Below are positions 26,050 through 39,298 of a DNA stretch of 64,000 bases, one piece after another (the stretch's first letter is position 1; each line of letters opens with the position of its first letter). Below the pieces are notes generated by a model, which saw only the letters and a list, made by a program, of their open reading frames with translations, was not told where the DNA came from and did not search any database. The translations under genes were made by a program, and so were the position numbers. The stretch is taken from the NCBI RefSeq assembly GCF_009914755.1, contig NC_060936.1, one strand, 5' to 3'. The DNA comes from the human T2T-CHM13v2.0 reference genome, Homo sapiens.

Positions 26050-27371
26050 TTCAGTTTTTTTCTCATCCCAGTTTGAAAAATAATGTAGTAAGAAAACATG
26101 CTGAGACCAGAGTCAGAATCTCTATATATTTATGGACAAAGAACCAACAGGCATTTGGGCATTTATATGAACTACAAAGGAGTATGACAACTTCAAAAAA
26201 AGAAAATCTATGATTTGATACAAGACTATTGTGAATTTTATTTTTCTCTCTTCCCAGCAAACCGAAACAGTCTTTGAAATAAGAACACAGTTCTACTTGA
26301 ATCCTTCGGCAAAATGCAATGTTGAAAAGTGTCCACAACACTGTTGCCAACTGCTTTGAAAGGAATATATCCATCTTTTTGTGGTGGGCTGTAATGCAAT
26401 CTAGGTCATCTCTATGCTTTTGGCAATAGGTGATTTCTGAAGTAAATCACTTATTGAAGTAATCAGCATGCTGCATCAATCCAGAGGAGTAATTGGTAAT
26501 GATGTAAAACTTGCCACCTCCATCATCTGTGACTAAAAGCTAGAACACACAGCACCTAAGCAATCTGCCTCTGTATCAAGGTCATACTCATAAAACGAGA
26601 AAGAGGTAGAATCACACAGCTTGATACTCTGGCCCATGGGTCAGAAAAGTTGCCATAAATATGTAAAGGAAAGAAATATCTGTGATTTGATAAGACAGCA
26701 GGAAAATTTATGCAAACTTGGGAGTGGGAAAAAAAGGCTTTTCTCCTTTCCATAGCTCAGTGATAGAAAGTGAAGAAAGACTTCAATTTTTTAATATCAA
26801 ATGGAAAATCGAATCAAATATGAAGTTTGGTATATTTTGAAGATTTTTTTCTAAATAATAATAGTGATCCAATTTTTACCTCTAGGATGGGGTGGCCTGA
26901 AATAGATCAAGTCAGCTGTCATTGACTATATTTATAAGATAGCAAAATACATATGTGAAAAATGAAATATTTTCAGTAGATTTTCACTCAAGGCTATTTA
27001 AATAGAATAATTCAGTAGAAAATATTGTTAATGTATACACACTTATTGTATTGCCTAGTCCAGTGTATTTACATGAAACGATAGTTTACTGAAATATTAA
27101 TTTCTTTTTTTATTGGGTTCTTTGATGAAGTAGGCTCCACAAGGCCTATTGTGACCACTTCTTCAAGATACTGCTCATAAACAATGTCATGTCCTGGAAC
27201 TGCTCATTACATTGTAGGTTCAACATAACTCCACAATTTTTGATGCCTGGTCATTAATATAAGTCATTTCCTATGGCCATTGTACCTCAAATTGAGATGT
27301 AAAATGCAGAAGATACAGCTTTCAAAAGGTAGTTTTAGCAGCCCTACAAGGTTATTAGGCTGATGTTTCAT
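26050..27371 (-). pseudogene. Decayed intronless MGAT4C-like N-acetylglucosaminyltransferase (GT54 family) pseudogene
   Basis: Kozak GTCACCATG at 27371. Hand translation over three minus frames gives blocks colinear with MGAT4C as recalled: IFCILHLNL~IFLLFMNL, FQDMTLFMSSI~FKDLSNFSGAI, KKW/TIGL~RKRYLTIGL, GAYFIKE~GNYLLET, KEINISVN~KEISVVVH, YYYLEK~YYVMLED, VFLHFLSLSY~VTLEFSKLGY, LPSLHKF/FLLSYQ~LPRLAHFLLMFYQ, RRIQV~KKIKV, FSNW~ISIW. Many stops and frameshifts. Confidence 0.65.
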
Positions 27372-27704
27372 GGTGACATCGTTAGTAATGCAAGAAGTTC
27401 GAGTGCCCCCTACTATCCCCTCCTTCCTCGGAGTTTCCAATGACCCAATGAAACTCTTATAGAGCAAGTGAAGTATGATGTCCACCTACCCCATTGTGCC
27501 TTCTGTGAGAAATTGGGAACTTCGGAAACCAATTTCACCAATCAGTCCCACAGTCTGACACTTCTTCATGCTTTGCTGAGTCTGCCCTAACTTCTCTAGG
27601 ATTTATTTGTCAGACTGCTTATTTTTGGCAAGCCTCTGGGCCCACTGCTCTGAGGAAATATTTCACACAAAGTTTGGAAAATTATCTGATAAGCAAAGTT
27701 TAAA

Positions 27705-27736
27705 AGGAATACAGGCCTGAGCCAGCACACCCAGCC
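27705..27736 (-). mobile_element. Alu 5' remnant of about 32 bp
   Basis: Reverse complement GGCTGGGTGTGCTGGCTCAGGCCTGTATTCC matches the Alu start. Confidence 0.7.
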
Positions 27737-27739
27737 CAT

Positions 27740-29450
<1,711 letters not shown>

Positions 29451-29454
29451 TTAC

Positions 29455-30300
29455 CTATTTAAGTCCTTTGTCCATTTTTGAATTGGGGTTTTTGTTGCTG
29501 TTTTAAGAGTCTTCTACAGATTATAGGTGTTAGTCCCTTACGAGACATGTGATTTGTAAAGCTGTTTTTTGTTTTTTTTTTTTCCTTCTGTAAGTTATCT
29601 TTTTACCAGCACCACTTTTACTGTTCTTTTACTATTGAATGGTCTTGGCACCCCTAAGGAAGTCATTTGACCATATATGCCAAAATTAATTTCTGGGATC
29701 TTTAATCTGTTACAATGGACTGTAAGTCTGTCTTTATTCCAGTACCACAATGTTTTGATTACTGTAGCTTTGTAGTAAGTTTTGAAATCAGAAAGTATGA
29801 GTAATCCAATTTTGTTCTTTTTTGTCAAGATTATTTTGGTGATTTGAGGCCCCTTAGGTTACATATTAATTTTAGGATTTATTTTTCTATTTCTTTAGAA
29901 AACAATGTCGAGATTTTGATAGGGATTGCAATGAATCTTTAAATTGTTTGGGGAAGTATTGACATCTTAACAATTTGAAGTCTTCCAATTAAAGAATATA
30001 GGATATCTTTCCATTTATTGATGTCTTCTTTAATTTCTCTCATAAGTGTTCTGTAGTTTTCATTGTACAAGTCTCTCACTCCCTTGGTTAATTCCTAAGT
30101 ATTTTCTTCTTTTTGGTACTATTGTAAACAGATTTGTTTTCTTAATTTTCTTTTTGGATTGTTCATTGTTAAAGTATAGGGTCACAAATAATTTGTGTTG
30201 ATTTTGTATCCTGCTACTTTACTAAATTTGTTTATTCATTTTAAGTGATGTTTTAAGTAGAATCTTTAGGGCTTTCTGTATGCAAGATTATATCATCTGC
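29455..30300 (-). mobile_element. L1M ORF2 fragment
   Basis: ORF 29595-29828 contains LSDFKTYYKATVIKTLWYW. Confidence 0.85.
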
Positions 30301-30487
30301 CTTAGAAAGGAGCGTCACAATAATTTATCAAGAATTTGTCTCCATTTACTTCAATACTTTTATGGTGGTGAAAATAGGTTAGAATGACTATTGGTATATA
30401 AATTTAAAAGAATAATAGATAATTAAAGATATTTTGATGAGTGGCAGGTTATTTAAACACATTTGTGCTATAGATAAAGAAACTTAA

Positions 30488-30798
<311 letters not shown>

Positions 30799-31379
30799 TG
30801 ATGTCAGTATATTCAAAAGCTTCGAGTTCTCTGACTGTGGAGTTAACCTTTGCTCCTCAGTTACTTTGAGGCATTGTAAATCCTGGGGCCTAATTCACAT
30901 GGACCTCCTTTAGAATAATCAAAGATGAGATAAAAATACAGAATATTTTTATAGCATTTTAATTATCTTGGAAAATAGTCAAGTTAATTACTCTCTTTAA
31001 AAACTAAAAAACACAACTTCATTTCCTGATCGTACCGGAAAAAGAGAACCTATAAGTTATCTTTACACATTCCAATAATCTTTATTACATCACCTTATAT
31101 GGCATTTTAAAGTTGCCATTAGCATAACTTATTGTTGTGATTGTATATCTATAAATAATCTTATATTTAGGAGTATAAGGCAGATGGGTTTTCTTGCACA
31201 ATTCATAATTTCAAGGATGTGAACAGAGAAATAAAAATGATACAAAGATAGGTGCATAGATTATAGGATCTAATTTTGGAATTATAGACAAATTTCAGAG
31301 ATGCACGGAAAAGACTACCTGTGACGATAAGCAAATCTAAAGAGGGCGTTTAAAATATATTTTTATTTTTTGCATTATA

Positions 31380-31397
31380 TTGCCACCTAGTGGTTAC
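31380..31397 (-). promoter_or_regulatory. Candidate CTCF site, reverse orientation
   Basis: Minus strand AACCACTAGGTGGCAA matches the core CCASYAGRKGGCR in non-repeat DNA. Confidence 0.65.
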
Positions 31398-32376
31398 AAC
31401 AGATATGAAAAGCAAAGCTTTTATAACCTTTGATGTCAGAAAGCCTTAACAGTCAACAAATACTGAAAAGAGAGAAGAGATGAATACATTTTAATGTTAT
31501 TTTCTTTTTTCATTTTCTCTGCTCATCTGCTTAGAGAGATAATCACTAGTTCTGTGGAAGGCAGGAGGGGAAATAATTCAGACCCTTCCCACTAGCAGTG
31601 ACTATGGCTAAATTTCTGCTTACATACTTGAAGACAAACATACAGCATCAACAGGATATTAATTTCTTTATAAAGACTATACAGTCTAGACAGTATTTAA
31701 TAAGAATATGTGCCCTACTAAATAACTCTGGCTTTTATTCTAAATAAATATTTTTCTTTTTAATTGCAAGGAGCCCTCAGTTTAGCTCAGAATTCCCTTG
31801 CTGAGCCACCATAAGAAAATGGTGCTAATACAAAATACAAATACAAAATAGTCTCCCCATCCCCTATTTCTCTATCTTTTTGCTGTATCTGGCCAAGCTT
31901 TGAATAGTCTCCCCTATTCAAATTTTTCAACTCATATGAAAAGAGAAATGCCAATTCGTTCTTTAACATTGTAGGCCAGCATTTCTTGCATAATATTATA
32001 ACCAATAAAATTTGAGCTCAATGAATAATGACCATATATCACATTATATATTTTGAATTTTAAAATTAAAAAATTATATTTATATATTTATTTGTGTCCA
32101 AATTGGAATAAAAATAATTTTATTTATAAAAATAATTTTCATTTAATGAAGTTTAACAGTACAAAATAAGCTATAAAGCTACCACCTTTAAGTTGTTCAT
32201 CTCCTTACCAACTAGTATATAAGGTCATATATTTTATATATGATTTTCTGAGGCTTAGTAGAGAAGGAAACCCTGGAAATTATAATATACTTAGAAAACC
32301 TGGTATATGTCCAGGGAAGTCAAATTTGTTAAAACATAATAAACATTTATTAAATAAGTGAAGGAATGACTAAATG

Positions 32377-32441
32377 AATGGATGGATGTATGGATGGACG
32401 GAGGGAAGGAGGGATGGATGGATGGATGGATAGATGGATAG
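32377..32441 (+). repeat. (GGAT)n-type microsatellite at an L2 3' tail
   Basis: ATGGATGGATG...GGATAGATGGATAG following an L2-like CATTTATTAAATAAGTGAAGGAATGA. Confidence 0.85.
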
Positions 32442-32775
32442 GTGGGCTGGCAAACTTATAGAAAGAGGATTTCTCCTTCCATGAGTTCAAACATTAGACA
32501 TTAAAAAAAAAAGTTCTCAATTTTCCCATGAATGAAACAGATGTCTTTATATCCTTGCTCCTTCTAGGAAGGCCCAACAGTGCCATTTTAGAAATTCTTT
32601 GAGAGAGAGGTGCCACTTAAAGTAAGCAATCCCCAGTTGCTCAATCTGACAAATCACTGCAAATAATAACATGTTACCAAAATTAGCCTCCCCCATGCCC
32701 CCCAAACAGGATATCAAGCAGTCTGGTAAGAGATATACAAATAGAAAATTGTTTCAAGGGATTTAGGTTCCAAAA

Positions 32776-32798
32776 GTGGTGGTGGTGGTGGTGGTGGC

Positions 32799-32830
<32 letters not shown>

Positions 32831-32859
32831 TGGTGGTGTGTGTGTGTGTGTGTGTGTGT
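32776..32859 (+). repeat. Compound microsatellite (GGT)n-(GGCGGT)n-(GGT)n-(GT)n
   Basis: Directly visible in the sequence. Confidence 0.97.
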
Positions 32860-33427
32860 ATTTATAGGCTTCTTGTGTCTTTGGAAAAACCATGTCATAG
32901 GACCTCCTAATTTACCCTGCGTAGGAATTCTTGTAAGCATTTGCAGTGCCCTGGTGCTCTTTGCCGTGTAGGGTTTCCTAAAACCTCTACTGATTAACTG
33001 TTTAATGTGGGCACTTTTTAACAAGAGAGAGTCCAGAATACAATAAGGGAAGGATAAAAATTTATATTCCTGACATGCACAGTGGGACCAGGGCCAGTGA
33101 GTTTTTTTCTGGTGAAAACATGCTGGCAAAATATTTGGCAGTACAATTAATGAAGACCTTTAATGAACTAACCAATACTAAGAAAGAATTCAGTGAAAAA
33201 TTCTGTCAACAACTTTTCTAATAAGCCACACTAATAGAGAACTAGGATTTCAAAATGAGTAACTTTTCAGTAAAATTCCTTGATAAACTTTTTTTTTCTT
33301 CTGAAATGCTAATGACTAAACAGTAAATATGTACAGCATCAAAATCCTTGGTGAAATCACAGGGCTATTTCAACTATAATGAAAACCGTCACCACTCTAC
33401 AAAGAGAGACCTCATGATTTGCAGCAA

Positions 33428-34285
33428 AGTATCTGTCTGTTTTCTATTGCTGTTGTAGCAAATTACCACAAATTCACTAGCCTAAACCACACAAATTTAT
33501 TGTCTTACTGTTCTGAAGGCCGGAAGTTTGAAATCAGTCTAAAAAGGTGTATTAGTCTGTTTCTGCACTGCTATAAAGATACCACCCGAGACAGGGTAAT
33601 TTATAAACAAAGGAGATTTAATTGACTCACAGTTCCGCATGGCTCGGCAGGCCTCAGGAAACTTATAATCATGGCAGAAGAGGAAGCAGGCATGTCTTAC
33701 ATGGTGGCAGGCAAGAGAGAGTGAAGGGGGAAGAGCCCCTTATAAAACCATTAGATCTCATGAGAACTCCCTCACTATCAAGAGAACAGCATGGGTGAAT
33801 CTGCCCCCATGGATCCAATCGCTTCCCACCAGGTACCTCCCTCAACACCTGGGGCTTGCAACCCAGATTATAATTCAAGATGAGATTTGGGTGGGGACAC
33901 AGCCAAACCATATCAGGTAAGTCAAGGTATCTGCAGGGCTAGCTCCTTCAGGAGTCTCGGACCAAGGAGTCTGCTTCCCGGTCTTTTTCAGCTTCAAGCA
34001 GCCACATGTATTCCATGGTTTGTCATCTTGTAGCCTTTCCTCCATCTTCAAAGCCCATTACTCCAATTTCTCCTTACTTCATTAGGTAGCCATCTCTTCT
34101 GACTTTACTCCTCCTGTTTCCCTTCCAGAATAATCCAGGTCCACTAAATAATCCAGGATAATCTCCCTATTTCATAATCCTTAATTTATTCACATCTGCA
34201 AAGTTTCTTTTGCCAATATAAAGTAACATTCACAGGTTCCTAGGAATAGGATGTGAATATTTGAGAGCTATTATTCAGCCTACAA
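33428..34285 (-). mobile_element. MLT1D/E-like LTR interrupted by THE1
   Basis: GTAGCAAATTACCACAAATT...[THE1]...ATAATCCAGGATAATCTCCC...CACATCTGCAAAG...ATTCAGCCTACA. Confidence 0.8.
33548..33915 (-). mobile_element. THE1 (THE1D-like) solo LTR
   Basis: Reverse complement begins TGATATGGTTTGGCTGTGTCCCCACCCAAATCTCATC and ends GACTAATACA. Confidence 0.9.
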
Positions 34286-34756
34286 TGGTCTCTATGTATC
34301 TGAAGTAGATAGCTATACATATTTATATAGAGGGCAATAAATTTAGGGTCAGTTAGTAATTTAAATTATCATAGAGATATTTATGAACCTTGATAATAAT
34401 TAAGCTCCTATTAAGCTCCTATTCATTCCACTTTTCAAAATATTGAACAATAGATTGCACTTACATTTTAGTATATTTTTGTCAGGTTGTTACTCTCTTG
34501 AACATTTCATTTTTATTTTATCAAAATTTCTTTATGTAAACCAGAAGTACCTAAAGCTGTACATTTTTTCATATATTCTGATATAGTTTTTCCATTTTCT
34601 TTTTAGGTAAATATGTTACCATGGGTTTCCTTTGAAAGTCAAAACTCTAAAATTACAAAAAAATTAAAAATATACTCAAGAGGAATAAAATTAATGAGGA
34701 ACAAGCAGATATGAGGCATCTACATTAAAGAAGTATCAGGGCAGCATAACTATTTT

Positions 34757-34774
34757 TGACCACTAGGTGGTATT
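34757..34774 (+). promoter_or_regulatory. Candidate CTCF site, forward orientation
   Basis: TGACCACTAGGTGGTATT; one deviation (GGT for GGC) from the core. Confidence 0.5.
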
Positions 34775-36149
34775 CCTAATCCATAAAACTGTGATAAAAC
34801 ATGTTCTTTAAGATTTAATTTCTTTTGGAAGTTTAGTCATTTTATTATTTTTGGACTGATTTTTAATGTGAGATTTAGATTAGCCAAACAGTGGTTTCTT
34901 ACAAAAATACCTCTCCATTGAATTTCAATACCACAGACATACTTTGCTTTAAACAACCATGTTTTTAAAATACAGGACAGGACTAGAACAGTTTGTTGGC
35001 TGTTTCCTCACAGTTTATTTACTTCTTAATTGTAAGTTTCTGTTGTAAAGTACCATAAAGTCAGTGCAAACCAAATAATTATTATCTAGTCTCCTCCCCT
35101 GAAACACATAAACAAGTATCAATACAAAAAATTAACATTTTTAAATAATACTATTTATACGTTTACATCTTAACACTGTTAAATTTTCATAACCCTGAAT
35201 ATCATGTTCTTAATGGATAATTTTTAAATCAGATAATAAGGTATATAGTACATTTCTTTGATATTTTCAGAGCTTTAAAATAATACAGAACCATGGCTTA
35301 CAATAGATCTCTGTGATGCTGCTAGAGCACTACTTATCACATTTTCATACATGTAAATTTCCAAAGAGCAAATTTTGACAAGAGTGTCAGCAGAATGGCA
35401 TTTTTAAAGGTCATACTGAGTGTTACCATCTTTGCTACACATAAATCTTTGTGAAAATACAACTACAAGTATTTTTCCCTAGCTGCTGATTAATTAAAAT
35501 TTGTTTTTTACAAAGTCGAATTCATTTAAAAAAAAAAAAAATCAGATGCAATATCCCGAATAAAAAAGGGAAGAAATCAACTGATTTGCAGTTCAGAGGG
35601 ATTGTATTTTTTAAAAAATTGGGCAAAGCATTTAAATTATGAAAGAAAGATTAATGGAATTACAGTAATTTTCTATTAAAACTCTACTTTTGCTTGTAAT
35701 TACATGTGACTATTGTGATTGAAAATAAAATTTTCAGTCATGCTAATGAGCCACAATCTGTGACACTGAGAGCTATACAAGTAGATTTCTCCATTATATC
35801 TAAAAAAATTGCAGATGAGTAACTAAACCTTATGCTGGAGCCCTGTCTTTGGTGTCGCATGTGAAGATTAACATTTTATGTAAGATCTGCAATGTGTTCA
35901 TATTTTAGAATAAAGAAAGAGTTTTGAAAATTATTGACGTAAGTAAATAAACTGAATTTCAACTATGTTGGGACATGATTCAAAGGCATTCAAAATTTTT
36001 TGAAATATATTTTCTGATTTGATTTGGTCTTTTAACAGTATTGAGAAGTTTGTAGCTCAACTGGGAGGTAAATTAGGTTATTTTGCTTACTCCCTACTGA
36101 AAATAGCTAGAAACATTGGAGCATGAAACCAAAAGTGTACAAGAGCTAT

Positions 36150-38450
36150 ATTTCCTCCATAGAGCAAAGATCTAGGAGAAGAAATAATTATGGAAACGTG
36201 AATGGGCAACCTCAGACTGAGGGAGGAGACCACCCCTCATATTGTCTTATGCCCAATTTCTGCCTCCAAAGAAAGAAGTAAAACTAAAAGGCAGAAATGA
36301 AATCCACAGGCAGACAGCCCGGCGCCACACCCTGGGCCTGGTAGTTAAAGATCGACCCCTGACCTAATTGGTTATGTTATCTATTGATTACAGACATTGT
36401 ATGGAAAAGCACTGTGAAAATCCCCGTCCTGTTCTGTTCCGTTCTAATTACCGGTGCATGCAGCCCCCAGTCATGCACCCCCTGCTTGCTCAATTGATCA
36501 CAACCCTCTCCCGCAGACCCCCTTAGAGTTGTAAGCCCTTAAGAGGAACAGGAATTGCTCCCTTGGGAAGCTCAGTTTTTGAGCCATGAGTCTTGCCAAT
36601 GCTCCTGGCCGAATAAAGCTCTTCCTTCTTTAACTCAGTGTGTGAGGGGTTTTGTCTGTGGCTCGTCCTGCTACAAAGCCAAGAGAGCAAATCAAAACAA
36701 CATTGCATCCCAACAGGAATGATACAGATTAGTACTACCCTCAAAGTCATAGAGAATGCAAGAGTAGCGGTTTCCATCATCATCCTATTTAATTTACCAG
36801 TTAGGTCCCTTTAAAGATTGAGTGCACCGTAGCAGATGAGAGTGGACTATCACAGATTCAACCGAGAGGTTACAACTGCAAGGCTGGTTGTGGTATATTT
36901 ACTAGAGCATGTCAACATTGCCTCTGGTAAATGTTACATGGCTTTTAATTTGAAAAATATGTTATTTTCAATATCCTTTAGGATAGAAAACCAGCAGCTT
37001 ACATTTACTTGGAATGGACAACATATACATTCATGGTCTTGCCTTTGGGCTTCGTTAATTCACCTAATCTCTGTCACGGTATAGTCTAATGGAACATTGG
37101 TTATCTATACGTTTTCTTGAATATTAAATTTATTGGACCTTATGAGCATGAAGTCACAAATCCTCTGGGAATCTTGGTAACACATGCACTCCAGAGGGTG
37201 GGAGACAAAATTTCAAAAGATTCAGGAGTTGACACTTTGGTAAAATTATTAGGATTCAGTAGTTTGGGACATTCTGGTACCTCTTTTCCAAATTGAAAGA
37301 TGAATTATTGATACTTCAACACTATACTACTTGTAAGACAGACATGTAATTAGTAGGTTTCTTTGGCTTTAGAGTTAACATATGGCTTTGATCTATTTAC
37401 TGAGTGATGTGGAAAACTAACAGATTTATATTAGACCCAGAACAATAAAAGGGCTCTGTAGCAGTCCAAAACGTTGTATAAGCAGTCCTGCTATTTGGGC
37501 CTTACAATTAAGAATATGTCATGGTACTTACTAGAAGTATTTGTTGTAAAGCTACCATCTGAAACATCTGATAAGTGCCATTAAAAAATTACATCCTAGA
37601 CCCCTAGGTTTCTGGAGAAAGGCCATGCTAAATACAGAAGGGAAATGTGTATCATCCAAATAACAGAGCCCTGCATGTTACTGAGTCTTGGCAGAGACAG
37701 GCATCTAACCACGAGTTAACTGACCATATGGCCATAACTGCCCCTTGTAAGCTAACCAATTGAAGATTTACCAAGTCAGAAGACATAAGCAGCAATAAAC
37801 TATCATAAACATGGAAAAATGGACTTGACACATTTGGGATCAGGCTCAAAAAGGTCTAGAGAGGACAAATGAGTTTCACAAGCAACTAGTCCTGACTACT
37901 TGCATATGTCACCACTCAGGGCCATTATGTGGTACTGTGTCCTCAATAAGCACACATTGGTTCAGGACCAAGGGTTGGTGTTCTCTCTCATGATCACTCC
38001 AAGTTATCCATTTGTAATTTGGGGAATTTATTCCTTCCTGTTTAGGTATCTTTCATTTGAGAAGTCCTATTTCCAGAGAGAAGAATGCTTTCAATGTGTA
38101 ACACAGTAAGAGTCCTACTAAATTTAAAAGTCTGAATGATACTTTTCACTTTAAGTTCCTTGCACCTGTACAACAGCAGGCAAAGTTACAACACTGCCAG
38201 AAATAAATGACCCTGAATTTTATGAGGCAGTAAGTCTGCTGCTACTTAATGGATGCCCTGGGGAATTTCTTGATATACTTGCCCAGTACAAGTTCTGAAA
38301 TCACAAACTGTTAAAAAATGGTGACCAGATACTAATCTCCCTCAGAGATGAAAGTTGGGGTTACCCCATCAGCCCACTTATTTTACATAGTCTAACAGAA
38401 GATTTGGTCAAGGGGAAAAAGGAAATTTGGAATATGTGTTGAAGGTAGAT
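36150..38450 (+). mobile_element. Old ERV-L-class internal sequence (pol RT relic, probable dUTPase remnant) interrupted by LTR2
   Basis: From about 36695 reads KQHCIPTGMIQISTTLK...FNLPV...MRVDYHRFN...LKNMLFSI...QQLTFTWNGQ, matching ERV-L RT. Confidence 0.8.
36218..36675 (+). mobile_element. LTR2 solo LTR (HERV-E/Harlequin group)
   Basis: TGAGGGAGGAGACCACCCCTCATATTGTCTTATGCCCAATTTCTGCC start; AATAAA near 36612; ends GTCCTGCTACA. Confidence 0.9.
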
Positions 38451-38526
38451 CTAAATTATTCATCACTTTAGGGGTTTTACATGATAATAAATGGAAAATT
38501 AATCCATAATTTCAACTTTTGGATAT

Positions 38527-38885
38527 TGCTATGGTTTGGATGTTTGTCCTCTCCAAACTTCATGTTGAAATTTGGTCCCCAATGTTGGAGGTGGGGCTTA
38601 ATGGCAGATGTGTTGGTCATGGGAATGGATCCTTCAGGAATAGATTAATTTCCTCCTTCAGGGGTGAGTGAGCTCTCACTTTATTGGTACCACTGAAGCT
38701 GGTTTTTAAAAAGAACGTGGCACCTTCCCCTTTCTCTTGCTTCCATTCTTACCCTGTGAACTGCACATGCTGAGTCCCCTTTACCTTCTACCACAAGAGG
38801 AAGCAGCCTGAGGCTCTCCCCAGGTACAGATGCCCAATCTTAAACTTGCCAGCCATCAGAATTGTGAGCCAAATAAAATATTTGT
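38527..38885 (+). mobile_element. MSTB-like LTR, 3' end cut by an L1
   Basis: TGCTATGGTTTGGATGTTTGTCC...CAGAATTGTGAGCCAAATAAA. Confidence 0.85.
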
Positions 38886-38893
38886 TGTTACTA

Positions 38894-39298
38894 TTTTTTT
38901 AACTTTTATTTTAGGATCAGGGTACACATGCAGGTTTGTGATGTAGGTCAACTCATGTCATGGGGGTTTGTTGTACAAATTACTTTGTCAGTCAAGTACT
39001 AAGCCCAGTAACCAATAGTTATTTTTTCTGCTCCTCTTTCTCCTCCCACCCTCCCCATTCAGGTAGGCCCCAGTGTCTGCTGTTCCTCCCCTTGCGTCTG
39101 TGTGTTCTCATCATTTAGCTCCCATTTATAAGTGAGAACATGCAGTATCTGGTTTTCTGTTCCTGCATTAGTTTACTAGGAATAATGACCTCCAGCTCCA
39201 TCCATATCCCCGCAAAGGACATGATCTTCTTTTTTATAGCTGTATAGTATTCCATGGTGTACATATACCACATATTCTTTATTCAGTCTACCATTGAT
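38894..39298 (-). mobile_element. Older L1PA 3' fragment
   Basis: GGTACACATGCAGGTTTG...CTCCCATTTATAAGTGAGAACATG. Confidence 0.88.

Noticed and set aside
26237-26360. Strong + strand acceptor followed by a short open frame
   Set aside because: Stops after 33 codons with no recognisable product; better explained as the antisense of the relic.
26063-26374. Alternative identities for the relic (class C GPCR, FASTKD, hAT transposase)
   Set aside because: Each rested on one short motif without colinear support, whereas the GT54 reading gives more than ten ordered blocks.
32683-33129. 148-aa ORF with a His/Arg-rich tract
   Set aside because: The tract is the translated compound microsatellite; the rest resembles no protein I know.
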